64,000 nt of DNA from an uncultured Lachnospiraceae bacterium (GCA_951800145.1 CATOJE010000001.1:59234-123233); one strand, 5' to 3'. Positions 18,862 through 27,925 are shown, numbered from the stretch's first letter. Notes: generated from the sequence alone by a model not told the origin. Numbers and translations are program-made.

Positions 18862-20088
18862 TCATTCCTCCTGTTCAAGTTTTTCAGCAAGCTGTTCCTG
18901 CAGCCACTGCATATAGTCTGGATCATCTCTCATGTATTCTATATTCGTATATGCGTCCAAAGTCGTTCTAGCATCAAGGTCTTCAAACCTCCATTCCCAA
19001 AAACCTTGTTTAAAAGTATCCAACGCCTTTTCCACCAGTTCCTCCGCTGTAGCAAAATCATCTTGGTTATAATATATTTCTCCCAGTTTTAAATTGATAA
19101 GCGCAGTTCTCGCCAGATTCAGCACCCCGCTCTCTAATAATCTATCGAGACACTGGATTGCCTCGTCATACCTTTTCTCCCGGGTCAGAAGTGTCCCTTT
19201 ATCCATATATGCCTTTATAGAATCGCTGTCAGCTTCTGATAAATATCCCTCTGCTTCCTGAATCCATTTCTCATTGTATTCCAGAGCGAGCGGGTAATCA
19301 CCCTTTCGGTAATAGCTCCCCGTCAATCCCCGATAGACAAAAATATCCACTGCCCGGTACTGATGCAGCTCTTGATTCAACTGGAAAATCTGGTTATAAC
19401 ATTGGATCCGTTCATCTTCATCTCCACAGTAAGAAAGAGCCATATAGCTGTATAGCCCTGCAATATCATTTTTCCCTAACAGCCTTCTTTCGTCCTCTAA
19501 TAATTGATTTACTTCATCAACTAACATTTGTTCCCGATTATCATCGTATACATTTACAAACGGACCATAACACAATCGGTTTGCGCGGATAATCAAGGCC
19601 TGTATTGGATCCGTTACTTTTTTCAATACATGATCATACTTTAATGTAGCCTCATCATATAAGATGCCCTCCAGCTCCATCAAGCGGGTGCTTCCCAAAT
19701 TGTTTACAATGCAAACATCCACAGAATCACTTCTTGATGAAATCAATGCATCGTTTAAGATTTCCTTGGCTTCCTCGCATCGATCCAGCCGCAAGTACCC
19801 CACGCCGATTGCATTCATGACTTCGGGAGTTTGATCCATAGCAGACAGCTGCTCTATCCCGTCCATCACCGATGCCTCGTCCCCCTTTAATAATTGGATC
19901 GCTTCCAGATATCCCGGGTTTCCATCATCCTCGCACAAGATTAAAATACTATGTAAATCTGCCACATAATAAGTATTGTCCATCTGTAAATTTTCAGGGC
20001 TTTCCGGCGATGCTTTCTCACACCCGCTAAGGAGATACAGCGCTATAAAGAGAATGCTGATACTTTTGAAAAACCTTGATTTCTTCAT
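18862..20088 (-). CDS. TPR-repeat lipoprotein
   Basis: Lipobox LLSGC; TPR patterns (NAIGVGYL, YYRKGDYPLALEY, LGEIYYNQDDFATAEELVEKAL). Confidence 0.8.
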   Translation of the reverse strand: MKKSRFFKSISILFIALYLLSGCEKASPESPENLQMDNTYYVADLHSILILCEDDGNPGYLEAIQLLKGDEASVMDGIEQLSAMDQTPEVMNAIGVGYLRLDRCEEAKEILNDALISSRSDSVDVCIVNNLGSTRLMELEGILYDEATLKYDHVLKKVTDPIQALIIRANRLCYGPFVNVYDDNREQMLVDEVNQLLEDERRLLGKNDIAGLYSYMALSYCGDEDERIQCYNQIFQLNQELHQYRAVDIFVYRGLTGSYYRKGDYPLALEYNEKWIQEAEGYLSEADSDSIKAYMDKGTLLTREKRYDEAIQCLDRLLESGVLNLARTALINLKLGEIYYNQDDFATAEELVEKALDTFKQGFWEWRFEDLDARTTLDAYTNIEYMRDDPDYMQWLQEQLAEKLEQEE

Positions 20089-20163
20089 GTCTCTCCCTTA
20101 TAAATACTATACATATAGTGGTTTCTACTCTCATAAAAGTAAGACAGCTTTAGGTTTGTAAAC

Positions 20164-20850
20164 CTACCGTTTCCCTTCCTGTATAGTCTGGATCACCTGA
20201 TGCATAATCGGCTCCCAGTCCTCCCGTTCCTCACCATAGCAATTACACATACACAGAATCAGCTGCTGCTTCCGTCCCATAAGGGCCAGCAAGTTAAATA
20301 CCGGTTCATCCAATGTATCATTTCGGAAGGAGAACCACTCCCCGCAGCCCTCTTCCACAGAATAGCTCCCTGTATCCAGGATCTCCGCGTCCTGGCGCAG
20401 CTTCTTTATCAGTGCCCGGTATCGGATTAACGTTCCCTTAAGCTGTTCCTGGCTTGCCCTCTGCCGGAATGCGCTGAAGGTGAAGTTCACCCGGTTCTCT
20501 TCATCTGCAAAGATCCGCTGAGGCCGGTTCTCAGAGGGGTATTTCCTCTTTGCCTGTTCCTGCTCCAGGGCGGTGAAGCCTGTGGGAAGGCGGATCCAGA
20601 CAGGCTCCAGCGTCTTCTCTCCCGAAAACAGCTCCACCTCCTGGAATTCGATCCGCCTCGCTCCTGCGTACATGCCTGTATAAGTATCCGTAAAGCCTTT
20701 CTTCTTCTCCTCCATTCGCTCCCGGATAATGATTTCATCAAAATACTGTTTCACCATGCACCTCCCTGCGCGAATCACCGCACAAACATTCTCCACGTTC
20801 TCTGCACTTTCTATATTTTTTGCATTTTTTACATTTTCTTCATATTCCAT
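20164..20850 (-). CDS. DcrB/DUF1795 (PsbP-like) putative effector adaptor
   Basis: IRLPTGF...KYPSENRPQ.IF...VNFTFS and C-terminal CNC...W..IM..VI; directly after the VgrG fragment. Confidence 0.55.
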   Translation of the reverse strand: MEYEENVKNAKNIESAENVENVCAVIRAGRCMVKQYFDEIIIRERMEEKKKGFTDTYTGMYAGARRIEFQEVELFSGEKTLEPVWIRLPTGFTALEQEQAKRKYPSENRPQRIFADEENRVNFTFSAFRQRASQEQLKGTLIRYRALIKKLRQDAEILDTGSYSVEEGCGEWFSFRNDTLDEPVFNLLALMGRKQQLILCMCNCYGEEREDWEPIMHQVIQTIQEGKR

Positions 20851-20900
20851 GTTTTCTGTATTTTCCGCATTTCCTGCATTCCTGCATTTCCCGCATTCCC
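20785..20900 (-). repeat. Degenerate 9-nt tandem repeats (GRAAATGCA-like)
   Basis: GGAAATGCA/GGAATGCA/GAAAATGTA/AAAAATGCA units spanning the intergenic region and encoding ENVKNAKNIESAENVENV. Confidence 0.6.
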
Positions 20901-20909
20901 ATTTTGATC

Positions 20910-21527
20910 CTATTTAAACTGGATATCCAGCCCGTTCTGCCGGATTCCATCCTGGAGCATCAGCATGGTTTCATTTTCCTGCAGGGTGATTCCATTTTCA
21001 CCCTCCACCAGGATCGGGCCCTGGCTGGTGAGGGAAATGCCGTCTGACGCGGTCAGGGATATCTGCTTTTTGCTTTTTATGGTGATTCCCTTCCGGTCAT
21101 CCAGCAGGATCCACATCCCCTTATGGTTCGTGATCCGGATTTGATTCGGCGTGAACCGCACTTCCTTATCGTAAATCGTCCGGATGGATTTCTCCTCCGG
21201 ATTTTTCCGCTTCTCATCCACCACCCCCAGATGCACCGCGCTGGAGACGTATCCATGATCCTCCGTCTCATCCGGAAAATACAGCCTCACCTGATCCCCC
21301 TCCTCCGGCATGCAGTACCAGCCAGTTCCGTCCGGGGAGGAGTATACTGTCGCATAGGCGTATTCCTTGCTGCAGGCACCGGGGATGTCCTCACAATCCA
21401 TCCGGATCCGAACCTTATCCTGCTTCACCGACTTCACCTTCCCCATAAGAGAACAGCCAATCAGACGGTCATTCTCATAGGGTTCCTGGTAAAAGCCCTC
21501 CTCCCTGCGCAGGGTATAGTGGCCCAT
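20910..21527 (-). pseudogene. VgrG/gp5 (baseplate spike) C-terminal fragment: OB-fold plus beta-helix
   Basis: GKVKSV..DKVRI...YATVYSSPDGTGWYCMPEEGDQVRLYFP OB-fold signature, then beta-strand repeats (I.L.A..GISL.S); gp27-like N-terminus absent. Confidence 0.75.
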
Positions 21528-21541
21528 AAGCGCACCCCCGG

Positions 21542-22801
21542 TCAGACAGATTTTGCGTTTCCCCGGAACCGCTCTCTGGTCAGCTTCATCTTGCTGTACT
21601 GGTCTAAGGACACATCGGGCACCACCGCATACCAGACTGTATTGCCAAAGTCGTTCTTTGCATTAGTGGTGTTTAAGTAGGTAACCAGACGGGAGAAGTT
21701 TGAGGTCTTTGCCAGTGTTTCATTGGATACATTGGTGATCAGCATGGACGGCCGCATACCTTTAAGCTTTTTGGGATACTGCTCAAAATAGCACCAGATG
21801 CCTAATAATTTTTCGATTAAGGGCTTTACTGTCTTGATAAATGCATCCTTGGATTCCCGGTAAAATTCCAGGTAGGAATTATAGTTGGCAACCTCCTGCT
21901 CCTGGTCGATGGTGCCCTCCATGGTGGAGGTCAGGGGGCAGAAGGTCCGGGCCACCAGGGCTGCCACATAGTCATTCCCCTCTTCGTTAATGGCGTTATA
22001 ATCCTCCTTCAGCGCTTCGATCAGGCCGAAGTTTACATGATCATCTACCGTGGCAAGGGCGGTGCTCTCCACCTTGGGCGCCTCTAATACTCTCAGCTCT
22101 CCCCCGTCTCCCATGCTCAGGACTCCTAAGGCTAAGGGAGTGTGATCCTTTTGATTCCCCCCGTCCCCCAGCAAGAGCCGGGTTTTAATATCCTCGATGG
22201 CCAGAGGCAGCATGGCCATCACATTATTATAATTGGCGCTGGCCTCCTCAAACATTACATTCAGCTTATCTGCCAGATCCAGCTTCTTCGGGTCGCCTTC
22301 CTCCAGCTTGGCGTATTCTCCATAGGTATACTGCAGCTCCTTCCGGTTCTGCTTGATGGAATCCATCACCTTTTTCGGGGAAATCATGTCTGTCAGCTTT
22401 TCGAACTTAAAGTCAACATTGATCATCCCCTCCGCCCGCTTGGTATCCACCATATTCATCAGCATTCCCATGAACTCATTCTGACGGTTTAAGGGGATCT
22501 CCGTCAGCATCTCCTCCGGCACCTGCTCCGGCTTCTCCAGCTGGTAAACTACCTTTTGGTTGTTGGCATTATAATAGCAGTAAACCGTGGGGCCAAACTT
22601 TTCCAGCACCTCATCGAAGCTGCGCACCAGCAGATGGTCGTTAATCTCCTTAATCTTATCATCAGACAGGCTTTCCACACCCCGGACATCTCCTACCAGA
22701 GTCACCAAGTCCATCTTCTCCGGATTGATTACCTCCATCAGCATGGTCCGGTTCGTCTGCTTAATCACATTTCCCATATGAATGCTCCGCCTTTTGTACA
22801 C
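21542..22801 (-). CDS. Large conserved protein of the injection-like operon, probably C-terminally truncated
   Basis: Likely start MGNVIKQ at 22777 with RBS; ends abruptly at RERFRGNAKSV* where the VgrG frame begins; no HTH seen. Confidence 0.55.
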   Translation of the reverse strand: MYKRRSIHMGNVIKQTNRTMLMEVINPEKMDLVTLVGDVRGVESLSDDKIKEINDHLLVRSFDEVLEKFGPTVYCYYNANNQKVVYQLEKPEQVPEEMLTEIPLNRQNEFMGMLMNMVDTKRAEGMINVDFKFEKLTDMISPKKVMDSIKQNRKELQYTYGEYAKLEEGDPKKLDLADKLNVMFEEASANYNNVMAMLPLAIEDIKTRLLLGDGGNQKDHTPLALGVLSMGDGGELRVLEAPKVESTALATVDDHVNFGLIEALKEDYNAINEEGNDYVAALVARTFCPLTSTMEGTIDQEQEVANYNSYLEFYRESKDAFIKTVKPLIEKLLGIWCYFEQYPKKLKGMRPSMLITNVSNETLAKTSNFSRLVTYLNTTNAKNDFGNTVWYAVVPDVSLDQYSKMKLTRERFRGNAKSV

Positions 22802-22810
22802 GTTATCCTT

Positions 22811-24625
22811 TTAAAGCCCCTGCTTTTCACTGGGTTTTAAGCTTTCATAGTGAATTTCCATCTCTGTCTCTCCATCTGCGAAGGAAATAGTGAGCTTCCC
22901 ATGATAATAAACCGGATATTCCAGCCCCTTTTTCACGATCTCCATTCCCCGCATCACAGTGCAGCCCTCTGACTGGTCCACGATCATCAGGGCGTGATCG
23001 GATCCAGGATAGAAAAGGATATGCTCCCCTCCAGCCTGCCCAAGGTTAATGCCACAGTCCTCCAGGATCTGCTTCAGTGTCAGGCTTCCTGACGAATGTC
23101 CGAACAGACGATAGGTCTGAGGCGGAATATCCCTGCCTCCGGGGGTCCGCACAGCATACAACATCAGCTTGCCGGAAAAGGGCTCTGCCTTTGGATTTAT
23201 TTTTTGTTCTGTCCTGCCAGGCATACGGCTCTTTTTCCGAAACCAAATCAGAAGCAGTACAAAAAGAGACAGAAAAAGCCCGCACAGAATCCCCAGAAAG
23301 GGACGATAGTCAATCACCGGCACAAAAACCGGATCCGAAGGCTTCTCAATCTGAATCCTGACCGGCTGCTGCAGCTCATAGATCTCTTCGGTTTCCTCCA
23401 GCTCTACCGTTACCTCCAGCTCATCCACAGAATCGACCGGTAAGGTCTGCCTCAGCTGGCCCTGCTGTATCTGACCGGAATAAGGGATTCCATTAATGGT
23501 ATAATGCATCTCCCTGCCTTCAAACCTATCCTGTCCCCACAGATTCTCTTGCTCCTCTGTGACTGTGACAAGCTGGATAGCGGCCTCTGCATAATGCTTA
23601 TAGACCGGCGGAATATTCTTTTTCACCTCTTCCTCTGACCGCGGAAGCTCTTCTGACCAGCAGCTTACTGTCACCTTGGGCGCCGCCACATACTGGGAGA
23701 TCCTGTAGGCCTCTACATCCGCCGCCTCCTCTGTCTCATAGCTGATAAAAAGCTCCCCGGGAGGGGGAGAATCCAGCTCCAAAATCAGGAACCGCTCCCC
23801 GGTTATCCGCTCCTCCCTCCCACCGGGAGTCCGAACCGATACCTCCTTTAGCTCCTTGCTCCCGGTAAGCACCAGCTTCAGGTGGCTTAATCCTGGCAAA
23901 ATCTCCTGGCGGATTTCCCCTCTGCCAGCTGCTTTATCATGGATCCCGGTGAGAACCTGGTGCGGGATCCGCATCCTCTCCTTCACGATGCGGTTCATAA
24001 TCTGGGAGACAGAGCCGGACTGGCCCTCCCAGTAGATAGCGCCATCGGTTATCTCCGCTCCGTCAAAGATATGGAGCCGTCCGCCTGCAGACGCTTCCCC
24101 GATGGCTACGATGTAGATGGGAATCCCCTTCTCCTTCGCCAGACCGGCCGCCTCTTCATAGCGTCTGCGGGACTCCTCCCGTCTCTCCTCGTCTGGCATA
24201 TCGATCTCGCCGTCAGTGAGCATCACAATATATCGCCCACTCACCTCCGGATCCGTGGAGAAAAGCGCAACCGCCTGATAAAGCCCATCTCCTGCATTCG
24301 TGTAGCCTGTATAGGAAATCCCCTCCAGCTGCGCTTCCAGCTCCTCTCTTCCCGCCCCTATGGGTGCCACCGCCTGGAGCTCCGTATTATAAGCCACCAG
24401 ACCGATTTGATCCCTGGGGGGCAGGCCATACATGGTTTGGCGCAGTGCATCCATAACCATATGATCCTTGTCATAGTGATTCATGGATACACTGGTGTCC
24501 AGTAAAAAGACAATCTCATTTCCTTTATGCGGATCGCCATCGCTGTCTGCTAAGGCCGTCCAGGCTGTATTCAAGATGAGGAAAAGTGTGATCCCCAATG
24601 CCAGCATCCTCTTGTGATGTTTCAT
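22811..24625 (-). CDS. Secreted, membrane-anchored VWA-domain protein with cytoplasmic C-terminal domain
   Basis: Signal peptide, MIDAS FLLDTSVSM, YTNAG, MLTDGE, C-terminal TM FLGILCGLFLSLFVLLLIWF. Confidence 0.85.
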   Translation of the reverse strand: MKHHKRMLALGITLFLILNTAWTALADSDGDPHKGNEIVFLLDTSVSMNHYDKDHMVMDALRQTMYGLPPRDQIGLVAYNTELQAVAPIGAGREELEAQLEGISYTGYTNAGDGLYQAVALFSTDPEVSGRYIVMLTDGEIDMPDEERREESRRRYEEAAGLAKEKGIPIYIVAIGEASAGGRLHIFDGAEITDGAIYWEGQSGSVSQIMNRIVKERMRIPHQVLTGIHDKAAGRGEIRQEILPGLSHLKLVLTGSKELKEVSVRTPGGREERITGERFLILELDSPPPGELFISYETEEAADVEAYRISQYVAAPKVTVSCWSEELPRSEEEVKKNIPPVYKHYAEAAIQLVTVTEEQENLWGQDRFEGREMHYTINGIPYSGQIQQGQLRQTLPVDSVDELEVTVELEETEEIYELQQPVRIQIEKPSDPVFVPVIDYRPFLGILCGLFLSLFVLLLIWFRKKSRMPGRTEQKINPKAEPFSGKLMLYAVRTPGGRDIPPQTYRLFGHSSGSLTLKQILEDCGINLGQAGGEHILFYPGSDHALMIVDQSEGCTVMRGMEIVKKGLEYPVYYHGKLTISFADGETEMEIHYESLKPSEKQGL

Positions 24626-24659
24626 GTGAACACTACCTCGCCTGTCTTAGTTTTTTGAC

Positions 24660-24727
24660 AAAATAACACATATTTTGACATAGTTCAACATAGTTTCCGA
24701 TTTTTGTTTGGTTTTTTCCAAATTTTG
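24660..24727 (-). promoter_or_regulatory. Putative LytTR(AgrA)-activated promoter of the VWA/injection-like operon
   Basis: CAAAATTTGGAA (24716-24727) and CAAAAATCGGAA (24695-24706), 21-bp period; 6 nt; TTGAAC-17-TATTTT with TG. Confidence 0.7.
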
Positions 24728-24781
24728 CATCATCTATAGTCAATAAACCGACTATATACCTGAGAGGTAAAAGGTTAAAGA

Positions 24782-24817
24782 GTACGGTTCACAGCCCTGC
24801 CGTTCACAGCAATAAAA
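24782..24817 (+). repeat. Left-end fragment of the 43438-43599 palindromic element
   Basis: 24787-24817 matches 43444-43474 at 27/31 nt. Confidence 0.65.
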
Positions 24818-24848
24818 AGAGGCTACCGCTTCTCTGGGGCAACCTCTT
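24814..24848 (-). terminator. Intrinsic terminator after agrB
   Basis: AAGAGGTTGCC...GGTAGCCTCTT stem followed by a T-run on the minus strand. Confidence 0.7.
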
Positions 24849-24855
24849 ATGATTC

Positions 24856-25446
24856 TCATATGTGAATTTTTCTTTTTTTATTTTTTATGACCCCGGCACA
24901 TAATAGTACGGCTACTGCCAAATGTCCTAATGCAGCAGCCAGGCTAATCTCCCTGGCGCCGATCCCATAGCACAGGAGCCAGAGGATGACTTCGATTCCC
25001 CATATACTCCTGCTTCGCTTCTGGTAGCGGATCCGTTCCTTCTGGTCAAATGGCTTATTCGGATCCTCCACCGGAGCCAGAAGGAAGATGCAGAGCCCGC
25101 ATAATCCGCTGGCAAGGAAGTCCGCCGCCAGCACGGCTCCTTCCGGAATTCGCTTTTCTATGATGCAGACTATACAGAGCATGGATGCAGATACCACTGT
25201 ACAGGTATTAAAGTTATCCGCGTGGTGCCCGCCCGCGTAGGAGCGCAGGGGGATAAAGAAGGCTAAAAAGACAGGGACGGTGATATATGCCCGGAATATG
25301 ACAGCCAAAAGACAGGCGATCAAAAGATTGACCACCTGTCCGATGAGCAGCTCATAGGCGTATTGGTATAATTTTTGCTCTTCCGATGACAGATAGCTCC
25401 GCTTCACCTGCCACGTCACAAAATAGTTCGCCAGCTTCTCAATCAT
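24856..25446 (-). CDS. agrB: AgrB autoinducer-processing membrane peptidase
   Basis: PLRSYAGGHHADNFNTC catalytic His/Cys motif; APVEDPNKP. Confidence 0.93.
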   Translation of the reverse strand: MIEKLANYFVTWQVKRSYLSSEEQKLYQYAYELLIGQVVNLLIACLLAVIFRAYITVPVFLAFFIPLRSYAGGHHADNFNTCTVVSASMLCIVCIIEKRIPEGAVLAADFLASGLCGLCIFLLAPVEDPNKPFDQKERIRYQKRSRSIWGIEVILWLLCYGIGAREISLAAALGHLAVAVLLCAGVIKNKKRKIHI

Positions 25447-25458
25447 GGTATCTTAACT

Positions 25459-25632
25459 TTAGAACTTGCGGAAGCGTTTTGCTTCTTCTGGGACTTGGGG
25501 CTGGTGATTCAGCCATGCGCATCCTGAATTCACATTTTGAACAACGGTTATTAATGCCATGGCGTTTAAAGCGAGCAATGCCCAATTTTTAGATTTTAAT
25601 TTCCCCCATGCGTTATGTAATTTTTTCTGCAT
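25459..25632 (-). CDS. agrD: AgrD cyclic thiolactone autoinducer precursor (57 aa)
   Basis: Not in ORF track. RBS GGAGG; MQKKLHNAWGKLKSKNWALLALNAMALITVVQNVNSGCAWLNHQPQVPEEAKRFRKF with the clostridial C-x4-HQP..P pattern. Confidence 0.92.
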   Translation of the reverse strand: MQKKLHNAWGKLKSKNWALLALNAMALITVVQNVNSGCAWLNHQPQVPEEAKRFRKF

Positions 25633-25676
25633 AATTGTAGTACCTCCTGCTGCTTCTTGGTTTAATATTTACGTTT

Positions 25677-25743
25677 ACCATACATATCTATTTTCCAAAA
25701 ATCAAGGTACTTTCCGAATTTTGTCCTTTTCTTCCGTTTTTTG
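25677..25743 (-). promoter_or_regulatory. Putative AgrA-activated agrDB promoter
   Basis: CAAAAAACGGAA (25732-25743) and CAAAATTCGGAA (25712-25723), 20-bp period; 6 nt; TTGATT-17-TATGGT; overlaps the agrC 3' end. Confidence 0.7.
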
Positions 25744-27060
25744 CACGTTTGATAGGGCCAGTGTCACGACAAACCGGCCATCCTCTTCCCCGATGTTTAA
25801 AATGCCGTGATATTTATAGGCCAGCTCTTCCGCCTGCCGCAGGCCGAAGCCATGCCTTTTTCCATCATTCTTTGTTGATAAGAAACGCTTCCCTTTTTTC
25901 TTATTCTGATGAACAAAATTGTTTTCTATATGAAAAACTACCATGGCCTGATTTCCCATATATAATTTAGCAGATATATTTCCATCTGTACATAGCTTCG
26001 CCGCCTCCAGGGCATTATCCAGCAGGTTTCCAAAGATCCGAATTTTGTCCGTCTCGCTGACAAAGTCCAGAGAGACGCTTGGTGATACCTCCAGATGGAA
26101 CCTCACACCTGCCTTTTTCGCTTCATTTTCCTTCTCAAGAAATATAGTATTGATTATGGGATCATGGAGATACATTCTATGGGAAAATGATTTCCTTTTC
26201 GTTAAAAGGGACGAGGCTTCCACCGATATTTTTTTTAAGGAGTCTGCGTTTTCCTGATCTGTAAAATTTCCCCGATCTGCAAATTTCTCAAGTGTCTTGA
26301 CAATGTGCCGCATTTCATGCAGATATGCCGCATACTCCTGATTCATCTCATCCATCCGCTGGTAGTGGCTGTGCTCCATCCTTGTTTTTAATTCCAGCAT
26401 TTCGTGTTCCTTGGCGGACTTTTCGGCAATCAGAAGCTTATCGACCACGGAAAAATTTATAATGTTACTTATCACCAGCAGAATTCCCCCCAGACAGATT
26501 AAAAAGTATCCTGACGGATGCTGATCCATCATGAGAAATCCGTTCAGTAAAATCATGCTGGATATCGGTAAGATAAACAATCGCCTTAACGTCGGATAAT
26601 TTTCTCTATTTGGCGAATACCATTTCCTCTTTCGGATTGTCTGAATCACTGTAAACTCAAAAATTTTCTCAACTATGGTTCGGAAGATCCATCTGGCGTC
26701 TAATGCAGAAACGTCCAGATTTAATGTCTGATATACCATGTGAGAGATAAATTCTGTGACCGCAAAAATCATGTAGCAAAGCAGCACATACACTATATTT
26801 AGCTTTAGATCAATGCGGAAGACCAGCCATACAAATACAATACAAATTAGCGGCATTCCCAACAGATTCAATGTCGGTATTCCTGCACTGTTAATGAAAA
26901 AAATGGAAATTGCACAAATTCCCCATTCGAGTATCCTTATATTCTTACGTTTTTCATATACTGGAAATAGTATCTCAAAAAAGCTGTAAAGAAAGAAAAT
27001 CTCAAACCCACAATTCACCAGCTTAACAATCTGATAAACCTGCCCTTCCACAGCCATCAC
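25702..27060 (-). CDS. agrC: AgrC-like sensor histidine kinase (GHKL/HPK10)
   Basis: About 6 TM N-terminus, H-box LHEMRH, N-box FGNLLDNALEA, STK..HGFGL. Confidence 0.88.
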   Translation of the reverse strand: MMAVEGQVYQIVKLVNCGFEIFFLYSFFEILFPVYEKRKNIRILEWGICAISIFFINSAGIPTLNLLGMPLICIVFVWLVFRIDLKLNIVYVLLCYMIFAVTEFISHMVYQTLNLDVSALDARWIFRTIVEKIFEFTVIQTIRKRKWYSPNRENYPTLRRLFILPISSMILLNGFLMMDQHPSGYFLICLGGILLVISNIINFSVVDKLLIAEKSAKEHEMLELKTRMEHSHYQRMDEMNQEYAAYLHEMRHIVKTLEKFADRGNFTDQENADSLKKISVEASSLLTKRKSFSHRMYLHDPIINTIFLEKENEAKKAGVRFHLEVSPSVSLDFVSETDKIRIFGNLLDNALEAAKLCTDGNISAKLYMGNQAMVVFHIENNFVHQNKKKGKRFLSTKNDGKRHGFGLRQAEELAYKYHGILNIGEEDGRFVVTLALSNVQKTEEKDKIRKVP

Positions 27061-27833
27061 TGCTTCCCTCCCGGATATTCTCCCCAGAATTTCCCCAGCG
27101 CTTCTTGAAATTCCTTTTGTTTGCTCCTGGCGACATTCAGTATTGTGTCACCCCTAATCGTAATGTACTCCTTGGAATTAAATATCACATGGTAGAGATT
27201 TACGATGTAGCTTTTCTTGGCATAGGCAAAGCCTTCCTCCTTCAGCAGCTCATAGTATTCCCCCAGCCTCTTACTGCTTTTCACCATATTTCCCTGGATG
27301 TCCTGTCCTAATGTACTCTGTATTCTGCAGACCCGATCCACCCCTTTTTCTGTCAGGTAAATGCCGCACCCCTTATCGAAAATATCGATATACAAAATTT
27401 CCCTGGAAGGAATGACGCAGGAATTACCATGGAATAGAATCGGTACATCTATGTCCTTCTGGCGCCGTCTGGCCTCCTCCATAAGCGTTTCAAGCTCTTC
27501 CCGGATTTTCTCCGGGTTTCGATCCTTCACCAGATAGCTAAAAGGCCGTACCTTCACGATGTCGCTGGCCGGAAAATCATAGGCAGTATAAAAGGACAGC
27601 AGCGCATCCGAATCCATCTTCCGGATCTGCTCTGCCGTCTGCCTTCCATCCATTTTCCCTTCCATCTGGATATCCAGGAAAATCATGTCATAGCTTTTAT
27701 AATCTTCCAGTAATTCCCTTCCGTCAGAAAATTCATAAAAGACTATCCTGTCACTATCCCGGCTGACATATTTTATCTGCTCCTTCAGAAACTCTATATC
27801 TCCATGACTGTCATCACATATTGCGATATTCAT
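27057..27833 (-). CDS. agrA: AgrA-like LytTR response regulator
   Basis: Likely start MNIAICDD at 27833; IFLDIQM phospho-Asp; LytTR KSYIVNL..V. Confidence 0.88.
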   Translation of the reverse strand: MNIAICDDSHGDIEFLKEQIKYVSRDSDRIVFYEFSDGRELLEDYKSYDMIFLDIQMEGKMDGRQTAEQIRKMDSDALLSFYTAYDFPASDIVKVRPFSYLVKDRNPEKIREELETLMEEARRRQKDIDVPILFHGNSCVIPSREILYIDIFDKGCGIYLTEKGVDRVCRIQSTLGQDIQGNMVKSSKRLGEYYELLKEEGFAYAKKSYIVNLYHVIFNSKEYITIRGDTILNVARSKQKEFQEALGKFWGEYPGGKQ

Positions 27834-27925
27834 TTCATCCCCCTGCTTTTTTTCCTTTGTACCAAAAGCCTTTATCATTATAAGGTGGATGTTCTTTCTT
27901 GTCAATGGAACCGCTTTAACTGGTA

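Noticed and set aside
20910-21527. Prophage remnant explanation for the gp5-like gene
   Set aside because: No capsid, terminase, integrase or lysis genes; the neighbours are adaptor, VWA and ATPase genes with host-like composition.
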